From the IMG/VR virus record IMGVR_UViG_3300028197_001695, positions 32,001-96,000 of that record: a DNA stretch of 64,000 nucleotides, one strand, 5' to 3'. The notes beneath the pieces were generated by a model. The model saw only the letters and a program-made list of their open reading frames with translations, did no database searches and was not told the DNA's origin. Made by a program: the position numbers and the translations under genes. This DNA comes from a virus. This document shows positions 34,536 to 43,783 of this stretch, in pieces (position 1 is the first letter of the stretch; the number at the start of each line of letters is the position of its first letter).

Positions 34536-35306
34536 TTAAAAAGTCGAAGGATCTGCCATCACAAAAGTAGAAGGCACGATCTTCCTGACAAAGAGATACC
34601 CATTTTTACGATAAGTGTCAACCATTCCTTCACTAATTTTCTTAAAAGCTCTTGGATTCCTGTCTGCATTGCCAGTCGGATCTTTCCTTATACTCCAATC
34701 AGAATAAGTTGTAGCTTGCCCCATGTCAAAATCCATCCCCAGCTCTTTAGCTATCGCCCAAAAATAAAACTCATCAGCGAAAATAACCTTATTCTTCACA
34801 AAATACTTAGACCAATGATCAAAAGTTTCTACAAACTTAATGACATCTTCTCTACGACAAGCAAAAAATTGACAAACTGCGTTATACTTATCGAACTTGT
34901 AATCTTTGACTCCCTCCTTTAAAACTTTCTGACTTTTTACTTTCGTGTGAAAGCTAAAGTGTTTCGCAAAAGTCATTTTTTTATACCTTTTTTTAATCAG
35001 ATTTACTGTAGAGTCTAAATCATACAAAGGAAAATGAGAATCGCTAATCAAAGTAAAGTATTCGTTTGATTCATCTTCCAAAGCTGCTTTCATTAATTCT
35101 ATAGTAGCTTCAACTAATGAGAAGTGACCCCAAGCTGTTGGGACAGTATTTTCTATATGATAGTCAGAGAAAAGACTTGGGGCATCAAACTTCGGATGTA
35201 AATACAAATTAAATGTATCTTTACTACCACCGTCGATAAATTTTTTCCAAATATTATTTTGGGTAAATGAATTTATAGTTAGATTTAAGAAAGCGACTTT
35301 TCCCAT
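34536..35306 (-). CDS. GT14 / core-2-I-branching-type glycosyltransferase
   Basis: AFLNLT, YLHPK, TAWGHFSLVEA..LM..AL.D..NEYF.LISDS.FPL, ADEFYF, TYSDW. Confidence 0.8.
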   Translation of the reverse strand: MGKVAFLNLTINSFTQNNIWKKFIDGGSKDTFNLYLHPKFDAPSLFSDYHIENTVPTAWGHFSLVEATIELMKAALEDESNEYFTLISDSHFPLYDLDSTVNLIKKRYKKMTFAKHFSFHTKVKSQKVLKEGVKDYKFDKYNAVCQFFACRREDVIKFVETFDHWSKYFVKNKVIFADEFYFWAIAKELGMDFDMGQATTYSDWSIRKDPTGNADRNPRAFKKISEGMVDTYRKNGYLFVRKIVPSTFVMADPSTF

Positions 35307-35353
35307 TTATTTAATGATTCTAGTGTATTATAATTATATAACTCAATTATACT

Positions 35354-35710
35354 ATGGATAATTTCGGAAATCCCTTACAAAGTCAGGCTAGCATCAATGA
35401 TGCTGGAGAAATGGAAGTCACCATCGCTAAGAAGTATTCTCAAGCAGAGGCTGGAGTTTACAAGTCTTACATGAGCATGTGCGCGATGGAAGATAAAACA
35501 TTTACAGATACTGCTGGGATGGGAGACAAAGAGACTTATAGTGCTTGTGCAGTACAATATGGTAAAATGCGAGCTATGATGATGGACGATAGCAAGGGAG
35601 AACTTACCGAAAAGCAAAAGAAGCTTCCTCCTGCACTCCGGAATAAAATCATCGAAAAGATGAAAAAAGAGGGAAAGAACAAGGAAGAAGAGAAAGAAGA
35701 AAAAGAATAA
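35354..35710 (+). CDS. Hypothetical late protein
   Basis: 118 aa; GTGTAT upstream; C-terminal LTEKQKKLPPALR motif. Confidence 0.7.
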   Translation: MDNFGNPLQSQASINDAGEMEVTIAKKYSQAEAGVYKSYMSMCAMEDKTFTDTAGMGDKETYSACAVQYGKMRAMMMDDSKGELTEKQKKLPPALRNKIIEKMKKEGKNKEEEKEEKE

Positions 35711-35745
35711 TTGATTTTTATATATTTTTTCTATAAAATCTTTTA

Positions 35746-36045
35746 GTGAAAACGATTGTTAAAAAGAAATTAGAAATCGAAACCAAAAGGCATGATTTCG
35801 ATAACGAATTTGCTTACATCGAAACGTGGCATAATACTCAACTAAAAGATTGTTTTTTCGCAGAAAAACAATTCCTCTGGCCTGATGGGAGCCTGAAGGC
35901 TGGAGGTAAAAAATATTTTTTAGGTAGAAACCCAGACTGGCCCGAAAAAGAAATTCAATGTATTAACTACAATAATTTCAATCACTTTGATCATCTTTAC
36001 CATTTGGGAGAAAATGGAGAGGTCATAAACATTCTTCATATATGA
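35746..36045 (+). CDS. Hypothetical protein
   Basis: 99 aa, GTG start. Confidence 0.55.
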   Translation: MKTIVKKKLEIETKRHDFDNEFAYIETWHNTQLKDCFFAEKQFLWPDGSLKAGGKKYFLGRNPDWPEKEIQCINYNNFNHFDHLYHLGENGEVINILHI

Positions 36046-36713
36046 GCGACACATTCCATATACTGTCTACTCCACCAGACAGTCCAGCATTTGACTTTCA
36101 GGCTACGCCTTTTATGCCCAAAATAGAGTTTACTGGCCTCAGCTCCGATGCACAGAAACAATATGAAGTAAAATTTAATAAAGCTTTTATTTTTGATTAT
36201 GCTTCGGCGGGTAAAAGGATTGAAGTTACTGGATTAACACAGGAGATTGATGATGGTTCAGAATCTTTTAGCCTAAAAATTGAATTCAATCATCAAGATG
36301 GAGCAATTTTAAACGCAGGAATTGAGAAGGGCGCAGGAGGTAGCTCCACATTTGAAAACCTTACAGCTCAAAGCGATATAGTCGGAGAAGAAACGTTCCC
36401 AATCGACCCAGCCGAATATCGTTTAGAATTAGCTGAATTTAGTGCTGGGAACCTTTCACAATTATACATAAGAGAAAACATCCACTTACATCTCAGGGGT
36501 CATTACCAAAAGTTTGACGAATTTCAAACTTCAGAAAACGCGGTTGGAGTCGGTCATGGGGTTATGGACCCGCTTAATTCTAGCTTTGCTAATGGCAATA
36601 TCCAATATAGAGCAATAGCGGAAGACCCAAGAGAAAATAATGACTTAGAAATACGAACAGATGGAAATAATATTTACTTCTTCGTTGAGGGAGAATCCTC
36701 CGGATCTTCTTAA
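36042..36713 (+). CDS. Hypothetical protein
   Basis: 223 aa, acidic, beta-rich. Confidence 0.65.
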   Translation: MSDTFHILSTPPDSPAFDFQATPFMPKIEFTGLSSDAQKQYEVKFNKAFIFDYASAGKRIEVTGLTQEIDDGSESFSLKIEFNHQDGAILNAGIEKGAGGSSTFENLTAQSDIVGEETFPIDPAEYRLELAEFSAGNLSQLYIRENIHLHLRGHYQKFDEFQTSENAVGVGHGVMDPLNSSFANGNIQYRAIAEDPRENNDLEIRTDGNNIYFFVEGESSGSS

Positions 36714-37018
36714 AAATAAAGTTCATCAAAGAACCTATTTCCATTGTAAGCTTTGTCATCAATCCAAAAGTCATATGCTGGTTTATCTGTCCTTAACTCA
36801 GTATATTTGACTCCCCACTCTTCAAGCTGCTTTTTTGTAAACTCTAACCAATCTTTCCCCGAGTTCGCTCCTCTTGCAGTCCAATAGGTAATTCTATTAC
36901 CACCATCAAATAAGCTATTAAAATACTCAATACGAGTTCTCATAGGTCGAGCTAATTCATATTTGCCCCGACTATCTGTACAAATAGTCCCATCAATGTC
37001 TACAATAAAAGTTCTCAT
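36710..37018 (-). CDS. Small HAD-family phosphatase
   Basis: VDIDGTI, YWTARG, KP..D.WIDDK. Confidence 0.8.
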   Translation of the reverse strand: MRTFIVDIDGTICTDSRGKYELARPMRTRIEYFNSLFDGGNRITYWTARGANSGKDWLEFTKKQLEEWGVKYTELRTDKPAYDFWIDDKAYNGNRFFDELYF

Positions 37019-37491
37019 AATTTTTTAATTTTTCCAATAATTTTTGTCGCACTTATATCTTCAGAAAAAGGAATGAAACGCACCTCTGTTTGACCACAGG
37101 ATGCCTTCTCAGCAGGGTTTAGGGTTGCAACGCTATAGTCTCCACCTTTATACCAACGAGAGGGCTTAAAGTGTCTTAGGTAGCCAGAAACCGTTGGTTC
37201 ATTAAACACAAAAACATAATCAACACACTCATTACAAGCCACAAGAAAGGCTCTCTGTTCTTGACTAATAATGGGTCTTTCTTGGCCTTTATTCTCCCTA
37301 ACACTTTCATCTCCATTCACGCCAACAACTAAACTGTAATCACAAGGTAAATCTTCCTTGATTGATTTTAGAAGGTCTGCGTGACCTGCATGAAATAAGT
37401 CAAAGCAACCGTTTGTAAAAGCCATCTTTTCCATCCCCATCGAGAAGCGGTGCATGATCGTAGATGTATCAACTATTTTAGGGTGATTCAT
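37015..37491 (-). CDS. rfaE2: Heptose-1-phosphate adenylyltransferase (RfaE/HldE domain II)
   Basis: AFTNGCFDLFHAGH, VVGVNGDESV...KG..RPI, KGGDY, ISATKII. Confidence 0.85.
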   Translation of the reverse strand: MNHPKIVDTSTIMHRFSMGMEKMAFTNGCFDLFHAGHADLLKSIKEDLPCDYSLVVGVNGDESVRENKGQERPIISQEQRAFLVACNECVDYVFVFNEPTVSGYLRHFKPSRWYKGGDYSVATLNPAEKASCGQTEVRFIPFSEDISATKIIGKIKKL

Positions 37492-38234
37492 ATTGTTGCT
37501 GTCCCAGCTTTACTGACAACAATGCTACAGCAAGTCTGAGCGTAGTCAATAGCTGAATCCATGTCTTGATTAAATAAATAATTAGTCGCGAAAGCAGTAA
37601 GGAAAGTATCTCCAGCACCACTCACATCCCTTACTTGAGCCACAGATTTTAAAGGGTATTTCTTTCCCCTGAACCTACACCCGTTACTCCCTAAAGTAAC
37701 AATGAGGTTTTCCATCCCTATACCTTTAAATCCATTCTCCTTATATTCCTTTTCGTTAATTTTGATAAAATCAAACGAATTGGCCCATTTAGGGTTATAT
37801 TTCTTTTTTGTATCTAAGAAAGACAATTGAGAGTTATCTGCAATATATTTTAAATCTCTGTCTGTCAGGTATCCCTTGTTATAATCAGAAACTATTACAG
37901 CGTCATAAGACCACACGCTTGCTTCGCGCAACTTTAATTTATTAATCTCTTCATACTCATCTGAATCAACCCGCAAAAACATTTGATTAGAATTGGAGTC
38001 AATGTATCTAACCTTCGCTCCAGTGCTTTGATTGCTTTTAATATCTACTTCTGCTTTTTCGCCTAAATTGTTAAGGCAAGCAAGAACATTTCTATGGACG
38101 TTTGAAGCCATACCCATGAAAGTAACTGAGTTCTCCTGCTTGAAAACAGGAACTGGAGCTTCTGGGCATAATCTATCAGCAGACCCATAAGTAAAAATAT
38201 CTAAGCAGGACTCTCCGATAATTAATATTTTCAT
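37488..38234 (-). CDS. rfaE1: Heptose-7-phosphate kinase (RfaE/HldE domain I, PfkB family)
   Basis: IIGESCLD...G...RLCPEAPVPV, SDYNKGYL, KINEKE, DVSGAGDTF. Confidence 0.88.
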   Translation of the reverse strand: MKILIIGESCLDIFTYGSADRLCPEAPVPVFKQENSVTFMGMASNVHRNVLACLNNLGEKAEVDIKSNQSTGAKVRYIDSNSNQMFLRVDSDEYEEINKLKLREASVWSYDAVIVSDYNKGYLTDRDLKYIADNSQLSFLDTKKKYNPKWANSFDFIKINEKEYKENGFKGIGMENLIVTLGSNGCRFRGKKYPLKSVAQVRDVSGAGDTFLTAFATNYLFNQDMDSAIDYAQTCCSIVVSKAGTATI

Positions 38235-38605
38235 TTTTGTGAATCTCCTTTTTGGATTCTATAAGAATCATATTCAAAATGTTGAGTGCTAACTTCAAAA
38301 ACTTTAGAATCCTCTAGAGCTATAAGCTTGTGAGGAATACATGGTCGCAAATGAACAGTGTCCCCCTCATTTAATTCAACAACCTTGTCTCCTGCATCAC
38401 TCAAGTCATAATACTTCAAAAGCAATGCTCCTTCTATAACAGCCCAAGTTTCCTCTTTCTTGATATGATAATGCATAGAAAATTCAGCCCCCTTGTTGAA
38501 CTTCAAAATCTTACCACAATACAAGTCATTATTTGTGATCCAAACTTCTTCCCCCCATCCTTTAGGGTGTTTTTGGACTTTTGAAAATACAGGCTCTAAC
38601 TTCAT
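38231..38605 (-). CDS. Cupin (sugar isomerase-like)
   Basis: PKGWGEE.W.T...YCGK.L...SMHYH..KEET; PHKL.ALE...FEVST. Confidence 0.75.
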   Translation of the reverse strand: MKLEPVFSKVQKHPKGWGEEVWITNNDLYCGKILKFNKGAEFSMHYHIKKEETWAVIEGALLLKYYDLSDAGDKVVELNEGDTVHLRPCIPHKLIALEDSKVFEVSTQHFEYDSYRIQKGDSQK

Positions 38606-38650
38606 TGACTAATTTTAGCTAGAATACATGAAAATTCAAGAGCTAATAAT

Positions 38651-38679
38651 AAAAAAACCGTCCTTGCGGGACGGTTTTT
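38651..38679. terminator. Bidirectional intrinsic terminator
   Basis: A7-CCGTCC-TTGC-GGGACGG-T5. Confidence 0.75.
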
Positions 38680-38697
38680 AAATGATTTAAATTTGTT

Positions 38698-38811
38698 TTA
38701 TTTTTCTTTTCGCTCTTCTTCAGCTTTTCTCTTTTCTTTAGCTTCGACTTGATGAGCGATAGCAAAGTAACAGAAAAAAGATGTAATAGCGGATATAAGA
38801 ATTAACTTCAT
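38698..38811 (-). CDS. 37-aa membrane peptide (not in ORF track)
   Basis: MKLILISAITSFFCYFAIAHQVEAKEKRKAEEERKEK. Confidence 0.55.
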   Translation of the reverse strand: MKLILISAITSFFCYFAIAHQVEAKEKRKAEEERKEK

Positions 38812-38843
38812 TGCTTAATTACTAAAATTAAGACATGACGCTC

Positions 38844-39038
38844 TTATTTTTTATCTCCCTTGTCTTTCGCTTTACCAATATTGACACTAAGGAAGTCAAC
38901 GAGCTTGTATGCTTTAGCAAGGATAGTTCCTTCTTTGGGGGTGGGAGTTAAAGCTGCGAATGCGCTAGCAGCTGCGATAACAGCACAAGCCCAATTAAAC
39001 CACGCTTGACCTTCGACGAATTGAATAAGTGTTTCCAT
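38844..39038 (-). CDS. Small holin-like membrane protein
   Basis: 64 aa, one TM, TPTPK motif, basic tail; GTGTAA upstream. Confidence 0.55.
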   Translation of the reverse strand: METLIQFVEGQAWFNWACAVIAAASAFAALTPTPKEGTILAKAYKLVDFLSVNIGKAKDKGDKK

Positions 39039-39088
39039 AGCAATATTTTGTTTCTACAGCTTATTACACTAAACGAAAAAACAGGGAA

Positions 39089-39217
39089 TTATCTGCCCTG
39101 CCCTCTATAGGGCTTTTTGTAGTTTTTGGAGCTTTTAATCTTAGAAGTCTTGCTTTTAGCATGTATGCCTTTACGTCTAATCTTCTTTTTTGCTTCGTAA
39201 GTATTTAATTTTTTCAT
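39089..39217 (-). CDS. 42-aa highly basic peptide (not in ORF track)
   Basis: TAATG overlap; MKKLNTYEAKKKIRRKGIHAKSKTSKIKSSKNYKKPYRGQGR. Confidence 0.7.
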   Translation of the reverse strand: MKKLNTYEAKKKIRRKGIHAKSKTSKIKSSKNYKKPYRGQGR

Positions 39218-39636
39218 TACTGATCCTTTACAAATTGTCCATCTACCATCTTGCCAGTACGACTCTTAATTACATCATAAGCTACCCTTAAACATTCTGT
39301 TGTATCAAAGCCAACCATTTTAGCCAGCAAAACAATAGTGACCAGCATATCCCCAATCCCGTCCTTGACTTCTGAGAGAATATCCTCTTCGTTTGAGGTT
39401 GGCATCCCAAGGTCTTCCATGAGATCTCGCTGATAACTAAAATCATTTAACTTTTCTAAAGCTTCTCTTGTTTCATCAAGCTCTTCTTGCGTTTTATCTA
39501 GTTGGCGTAGTGGGGTAGAGGATTCTAAAATCCCTTTGTTTCCTCCCCACTCAATCACTAATTTACTTAGTTCTTCGTATTTCATAGATTCTTCTCTCTC
39601 CAGCATTTTGTTGAATGCGTTTTCAAAAGGTCTCAT
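39217..39636 (-). CDS. MazG-like nucleotide pyrophosphohydrolase
   Basis: QLDKTQEELDE...VKDGIGDMLVT...ECL..AYDVIKSRTGKMVDGQFVK. Confidence 0.8.
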   Translation of the reverse strand: MRPFENAFNKMLEREESMKYEELSKLVIEWGGNKGILESSTPLRQLDKTQEELDETREALEKLNDFSYQRDLMEDLGMPTSNEEDILSEVKDGIGDMLVTIVLLAKMVGFDTTECLRVAYDVIKSRTGKMVDGQFVKDQ

Positions 39637-39929
39637 AGATTTACCATTTTAGGAGCAATCTCCTCAATTTCCTCACACAATCTTAAAATTTCAGAGGTCT
39701 GCATATTGAGTGCCTTTGTTTTTAATTTAAACATTTCATTGTAGAAACGTTGATAATCCTCTAATTGATAGATATACTCTTGACCAGCAATCTTAAGGAT
39801 AAAGTCTCCATATGTTTCATATAACATTGGGTCAATGCATTTTTCAATTGGATCATAGGAAGCATTCCCTACAACGTAATCAAAAATGTCGTGACGATCC
39901 ACATTAATATTCATTATTTCTTGACTCAT
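39633..39929 (-). CDS. Hypothetical protein
   Basis: 98 aa. Confidence 0.6.
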   Translation of the reverse strand: MSQEIMNINVDRHDIFDYVVGNASYDPIEKCIDPMLYETYGDFILKIAGQEYIYQLEDYQRFYNEMFKLKTKALNMQTSEILRLCEEIEEIAPKMVNL

Positions 39930-39992
39930 AATCGTAATAGCGAGTCCACCGATAGATAAGAGGTGAACCCGCTTTTTTCTATAAACTGGATT

Positions 39993-40625
39993 TTAAAGCT
40001 CTTTAATCCGATTGATAACCATTTGATAAGTCTCGTCTGAAGGATCGTTCTTTCTATTAGGCGCAATCATTTTATGCGTTAAAATATTTTCAATCCCAAA
40101 ATCAAATTTGTCCATAAGGTATTTGCATTTCTTAGCAGCGGAATCGATTTCAGCCGCACTGGGTGTTCGTTTGTTAGTGTCTCCATAGAAAGAGATCCCG
40201 ACACTATGAGCATTTAAACCGCTCACCCCTTTCCAAGAAGATCTCCCTGCATGCCAAGCTCTTTTTTTATCATAGACGAACTGTGTGCGAGATCCATCAG
40301 CCGCAATAAGATAGTGATAACTAACCTTTGATTCAGCCTTCAAAATCCATGAACGAGTCCCATCATGACTTCCGCTGCTATGATGCAAAATCACATACTC
40401 CGGTTTAATCGTCCCAGACTGGTTTGGAGAAGCTTTGTAAACTTCAGGATAATCATCTTTAAGTTCTTCTACTGGTGGCTCTGGCTTTTCTGGTTCACCT
40501 TTTTCATCGTGAACCAACTGCTCCCAAATCATTTTCCATGTAGCAGGTCCATCAATTCCGTCAGCGGTCAAGCCAAGCTTGCCTTGAACTTCTTTGACAA
40601 TTTGAGTTTTAGCAGAAAAGCGCAT
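39993..40625 (-). CDS. Endolysin: peptidoglycan-binding domain plus Amidase_2 N-acetylmuramoyl-L-alanine amidase
   Basis: VQGKLGLTADGIDGPATW; VILHHS, VSYHYLI, AWHAGRS, N..SVGI, ILTH..IAP.RK.DP. Confidence 0.9.
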   Translation of the reverse strand: MRFSAKTQIVKEVQGKLGLTADGIDGPATWKMIWEQLVHDEKGEPEKPEPPVEELKDDYPEVYKASPNQSGTIKPEYVILHHSSGSHDGTRSWILKAESKVSYHYLIAADGSRTQFVYDKKRAWHAGRSSWKGVSGLNAHSVGISFYGDTNKRTPSAAEIDSAAKKCKYLMDKFDFGIENILTHKMIAPNRKNDPSDETYQMVINRIKEL

Positions 40626-40627
40626 CT

Positions 40628-40828
40628 TTATTCGCCTTCAGGTAGAACTTCGGCTTCAGCCTCTGGTTGGGGCAACTGAGATTTTGCTTGCTCTTGGATT
40701 TTGGTAGCAAGGAAAGAACCTGCTTCAGCGATCTGAAGTCCTTGAGCTTTTACAGCGACATCAATAATCTGGAGAAGAGCATTTGCCTCGTTTTCTTGTA
40801 AGGTGATTTTAATTTCATTCATATGCAC
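40628..40828 (-). CDS. Hypothetical protein
   Basis: About 64-66 aa; LLQIIDVAVKAQGL. Confidence 0.65.
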   Translation of the reverse strand: MHMNEIKITLQENEANALLQIIDVAVKAQGLQIAEAGSFLATKIQEQAKSQLPQPEAEAEVLPEGE

Positions 40829-40863
40829 CTGATTATCGACACAGCGAAGAATAATTCAACAAA

Positions 40864-41850
40864 TTAACATCTAAATTTCAAAAAAACATGCTTAACCGCC
40901 ATCCACATGTCCAGATATTTATACTTAGCTAATCTACCCAGAAACACAGTATCCTTTTCTTCTCTAGCTAATCCATCATATCTTAAATACATCTCTTGGC
41001 CTTCTCCCCAAGGGATAGGATAGAATGGAATATCTCCTTCCTCCATACTTTTCGGGTATTCTCGGGTAATTATAGTCTCTCCTGAGTGATTGGAACTAAA
41101 ATAAGAATGATCATACTGTCTAGTCCATTTATTTTTCTTACTGCATTCGTTGTAAACAAGTGTGTCTTGCTTATCCATTGTTGAGTAATGCTCTAGCTTT
41201 AAAGACCTGTAAGGCAATTGCCCAAAACAATAATTAAAATACTGATCTATCCTACCTGTATAAATAACTTTATCGTAATCCTCCCCCCTCCATTCTTCCT
41301 GCCCCGCATTTAAAACAACTTCTATCCCATCTAACATTTTTTCGAACATTTTTGTGTATCCTTCTTTTGGTACACACTGATATTTTTGGCCTTCAAACCA
41401 AGTTGGACTTTCTGAGTTCTTGGTCTTTGGGATTCTGTTCGTGATTGTTTTAGGAATCTTCCTGAAATCTACTCCCCATTGTTTCTCACTGTAGTCTTTA
41501 AAAATGTATTTTTTAATCTCTTCTTGAGAGAGTGTCCTGCCTATAGCTGCCTCACAACCTTTGTCGTGGTATGGTAGAGGAATATCCCCGATCTGGGTTT
41601 TGCCAATTGGCTTATACTTCAGATCAATCCACTCTGTGTACCGTGATAGAAACTCAAAAACTTCTTCATCATCCGTATGGAAAATATGTGGGCCATACTT
41701 GTGGAAGTGAAGACCTTCAATGTCAACATCATAACAGTTACCCCCAATGTGATTACGGGATTCAAAAATTTTAACTTCATGGCCTTTATCTTTAAGTAAA
41801 CGAGCAGAAGTTATCCCACTCAAACCACAACCAACAATAGCAAACTTCAT
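40864..41850 (-). CDS. glf: UDP-galactopyranose mutase
   Basis: VGCGLSG, RNHIGGNCYD, HKYGPHIFHT, KQWG, YQCVPKEGYT, LPYRSL, FLGRLAKYKYLDM. Confidence 0.93.
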   Translation of the reverse strand: MKFAIVGCGLSGITSARLLKDKGHEVKIFESRNHIGGNCYDVDIEGLHFHKYGPHIFHTDDEEVFEFLSRYTEWIDLKYKPIGKTQIGDIPLPYHDKGCEAAIGRTLSQEEIKKYIFKDYSEKQWGVDFRKIPKTITNRIPKTKNSESPTWFEGQKYQCVPKEGYTKMFEKMLDGIEVVLNAGQEEWRGEDYDKVIYTGRIDQYFNYCFGQLPYRSLKLEHYSTMDKQDTLVYNECSKKNKWTRQYDHSYFSSNHSGETIITREYPKSMEEGDIPFYPIPWGEGQEMYLRYDGLAREEKDTVFLGRLAKYKYLDMWMAVKHVFLKFRC

Positions 41851-42632
41851 ATGTTAAAATGTAATCTCATGCTCTTGCTAATTTCTTGAGAGTACTTCAA
41901 ATTAGCTTTACCTGAGACTTGTTCATTATGAGAGCAGTTATATATGGCTGCTCTAAAATCAATATTCCCACCTTCATATCCTTTGTAATTAAAATATCTC
42001 CAAGAAAACGCATGAGATCCTATGACTTTTATTAAATAATATTTTTGTGTAGATCTAATTATACTACTCTGGGATGAACTTAGATTGATGTTTCTAAAAT
42101 CGATTTCTTTTTTGAGCATACTTGCTTTAGTTATATTACATGTCCCGCATTTTCTATTAAAATCATTAATATACTTCAACGTATCATCAATACCCATCCT
42201 GATACCCTTATCGATTCTCAAAAAATCTTTATTCGAATTATGAATAGTTCTAACTAGATCTCTATGTACGAAGTCATCCGCATCAACAAACATAACATAA
42301 TTATCATTGTTAACCTCACTTAAAGCTAAAATATACTTAGTGCCTTTATCTAATCTAGCTTGGTATATCCCATTTTCGACACTTACTTGAGTGCCTATCT
42401 GCCAATTATTTGAAGGCGTAGGAGGCAACCAATTTACTTCTATAAACTTTACATTTTTAATCTTTTTGTTTTCTGTAAAGGTGTTTAATGTTTTATTCGA
42501 AACTACTATTACTTCAAACCTATCATCAAGCTGACCACAAACCGAACCCAAAGTCTTTTCTAATAAATCCCAAGTATCATTATATGAATGACAGTTCTCG
42601 TAATGTTTAACAGCTATAATAAAAGTAACCAT
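41847..42632 (-). CDS. GT-A fold (GT2-like) glycosyltransferase
   Basis: MFVDADDFV DxD motif; L..TL.SVCGQ...F.VIVV. Confidence 0.7.
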   Translation of the reverse strand: MVTFIIAVKHYENCHSYNDTWDLLEKTLGSVCGQLDDRFEVIVVSNKTLNTFTENKKIKNVKFIEVNWLPPTPSNNWQIGTQVSVENGIYQARLDKGTKYILALSEVNNDNYVMFVDADDFVHRDLVRTIHNSNKDFLRIDKGIRMGIDDTLKYINDFNRKCGTCNITKASMLKKEIDFRNINLSSSQSSIIRSTQKYYLIKVIGSHAFSWRYFNYKGYEGGNIDFRAAIYNCSHNEQVSGKANLKYSQEISKSMRLHFNI

Positions 42633-43186
42633 TATTCCCCAAATTTATAACCAAAATATTCGATGTCTTTTGCATATTTTTCTGCAACAATTTGTTTTGT
42701 TTCTTCATCGTAGTATTCGGTGTAATGCTTATGTTTTGTTTTGTTTACGTGAGGAAGTTTTTGTTGCGGAACTCTAATTTTGTCGCAAATAGTATTAAAG
42801 TCTTCCTGAAGATTTTCAAACCTACCAATAAAATCGACTAAGCATTCGTCACCTTCAAATAACCAATTATGCTGTAATTTATGTTTCGCAGGAAATGGAT
42901 TTAATAAAAAATCCAAGAAGCTCAAGCCTTTAGCACTTTCTATATATCCATGTTGAGTATTATCTTTAACTCTAAAGAAATACTGAGACAGTAATTTATC
43001 CCAAGGATTACGTATAATAGAGAATTTGAAATAAGTATTAAATGCCTTAGGCTCATACTTTTTGTACCACCAAGCCCGGTGATGCTTCTGCGGAGGATTC
43101 TCAGCGTTCACTAGAAGCTTAGTAATACTAGTACCACCAGTTTTGTTTATGTGTATAAAGATAAACTTATTTTTGCGACACATCAT
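42632..43186 (-). CDS. Sulfotransferase (Sulfotransfer_2-like)
   Basis: HINKTGGTSI; IIRNPWDKLLSQY. Confidence 0.85.
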   Translation of the reverse strand: MMCRKNKFIFIHINKTGGTSITKLLVNAENPPQKHHRAWWYKKYEPKAFNTYFKFSIIRNPWDKLLSQYFFRVKDNTQHGYIESAKGLSFLDFLLNPFPAKHKLQHNWLFEGDECLVDFIGRFENLQEDFNTICDKIRVPQQKLPHVNKTKHKHYTEYYDEETKQIVAEKYAKDIEYFGYKFGE

Positions 43187-43189
43187 AAT

Positions 43190-43783
43190 TTATTCTCCAA
43201 ATCTATATTTAAATGTATCTATATCTTCTTCAAAGCTTCTCGCAATAATCTTAATTGATTGATCATCATAGTACTCAGTGTAATGAGCGTGTTTGGTTTT
43301 GTTCACATGAGGAAGTTTTACTTTAGAATAATCAATTTGATCACATATTAAATCGAAATCATTTTGAAAATTTTCAAACCTGCCCACAAAATCTGTTTTA
43401 ATTGATCCATTTACAGTGATAAATTCCAATTGAGGATAAAAGAACACCCACTGCTGCCAAACCTCTTTTGCCAATAAAAAATCCTTGAATTCTGGATATT
43501 CTTTTTTAATCACTAATGTCTTGAGTCTATCATAAAAAGGTATCCCCCCTCTTTTAAGATATTCATAAGCACTTACAAACTTATCCCAAGGATTCCTAAC
43601 AAACGCAAATTTAAATAAATCCTCTACCGCTAATTTAGGGCAATAGTCATTAGATTTAAAACCTAATTTAGATATTCCATAGTGGTCATGTGTTGTGATA
43701 TTGAAAACCTTTTTAATAGATCTCCCTCCACATTTTGGGATATGAACAAAGACGAATTTATTTTTATGATCTACAAAAGGCAT
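43190..43783 (-). CDS. Sulfotransferase (Sulfotransfer_2-like)
   Basis: HIPKCGGRSI; FVRNPWDKFVSAY. Confidence 0.85.
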   Translation of the reverse strand: MPFVDHKNKFVFVHIPKCGGRSIKKVFNITTHDHYGISKLGFKSNDYCPKLAVEDLFKFAFVRNPWDKFVSAYEYLKRGGIPFYDRLKTLVIKKEYPEFKDFLLAKEVWQQWVFFYPQLEFITVNGSIKTDFVGRFENFQNDFDLICDQIDYSKVKLPHVNKTKHAHYTEYYDDQSIKIIARSFEEDIDTFKYRFGE

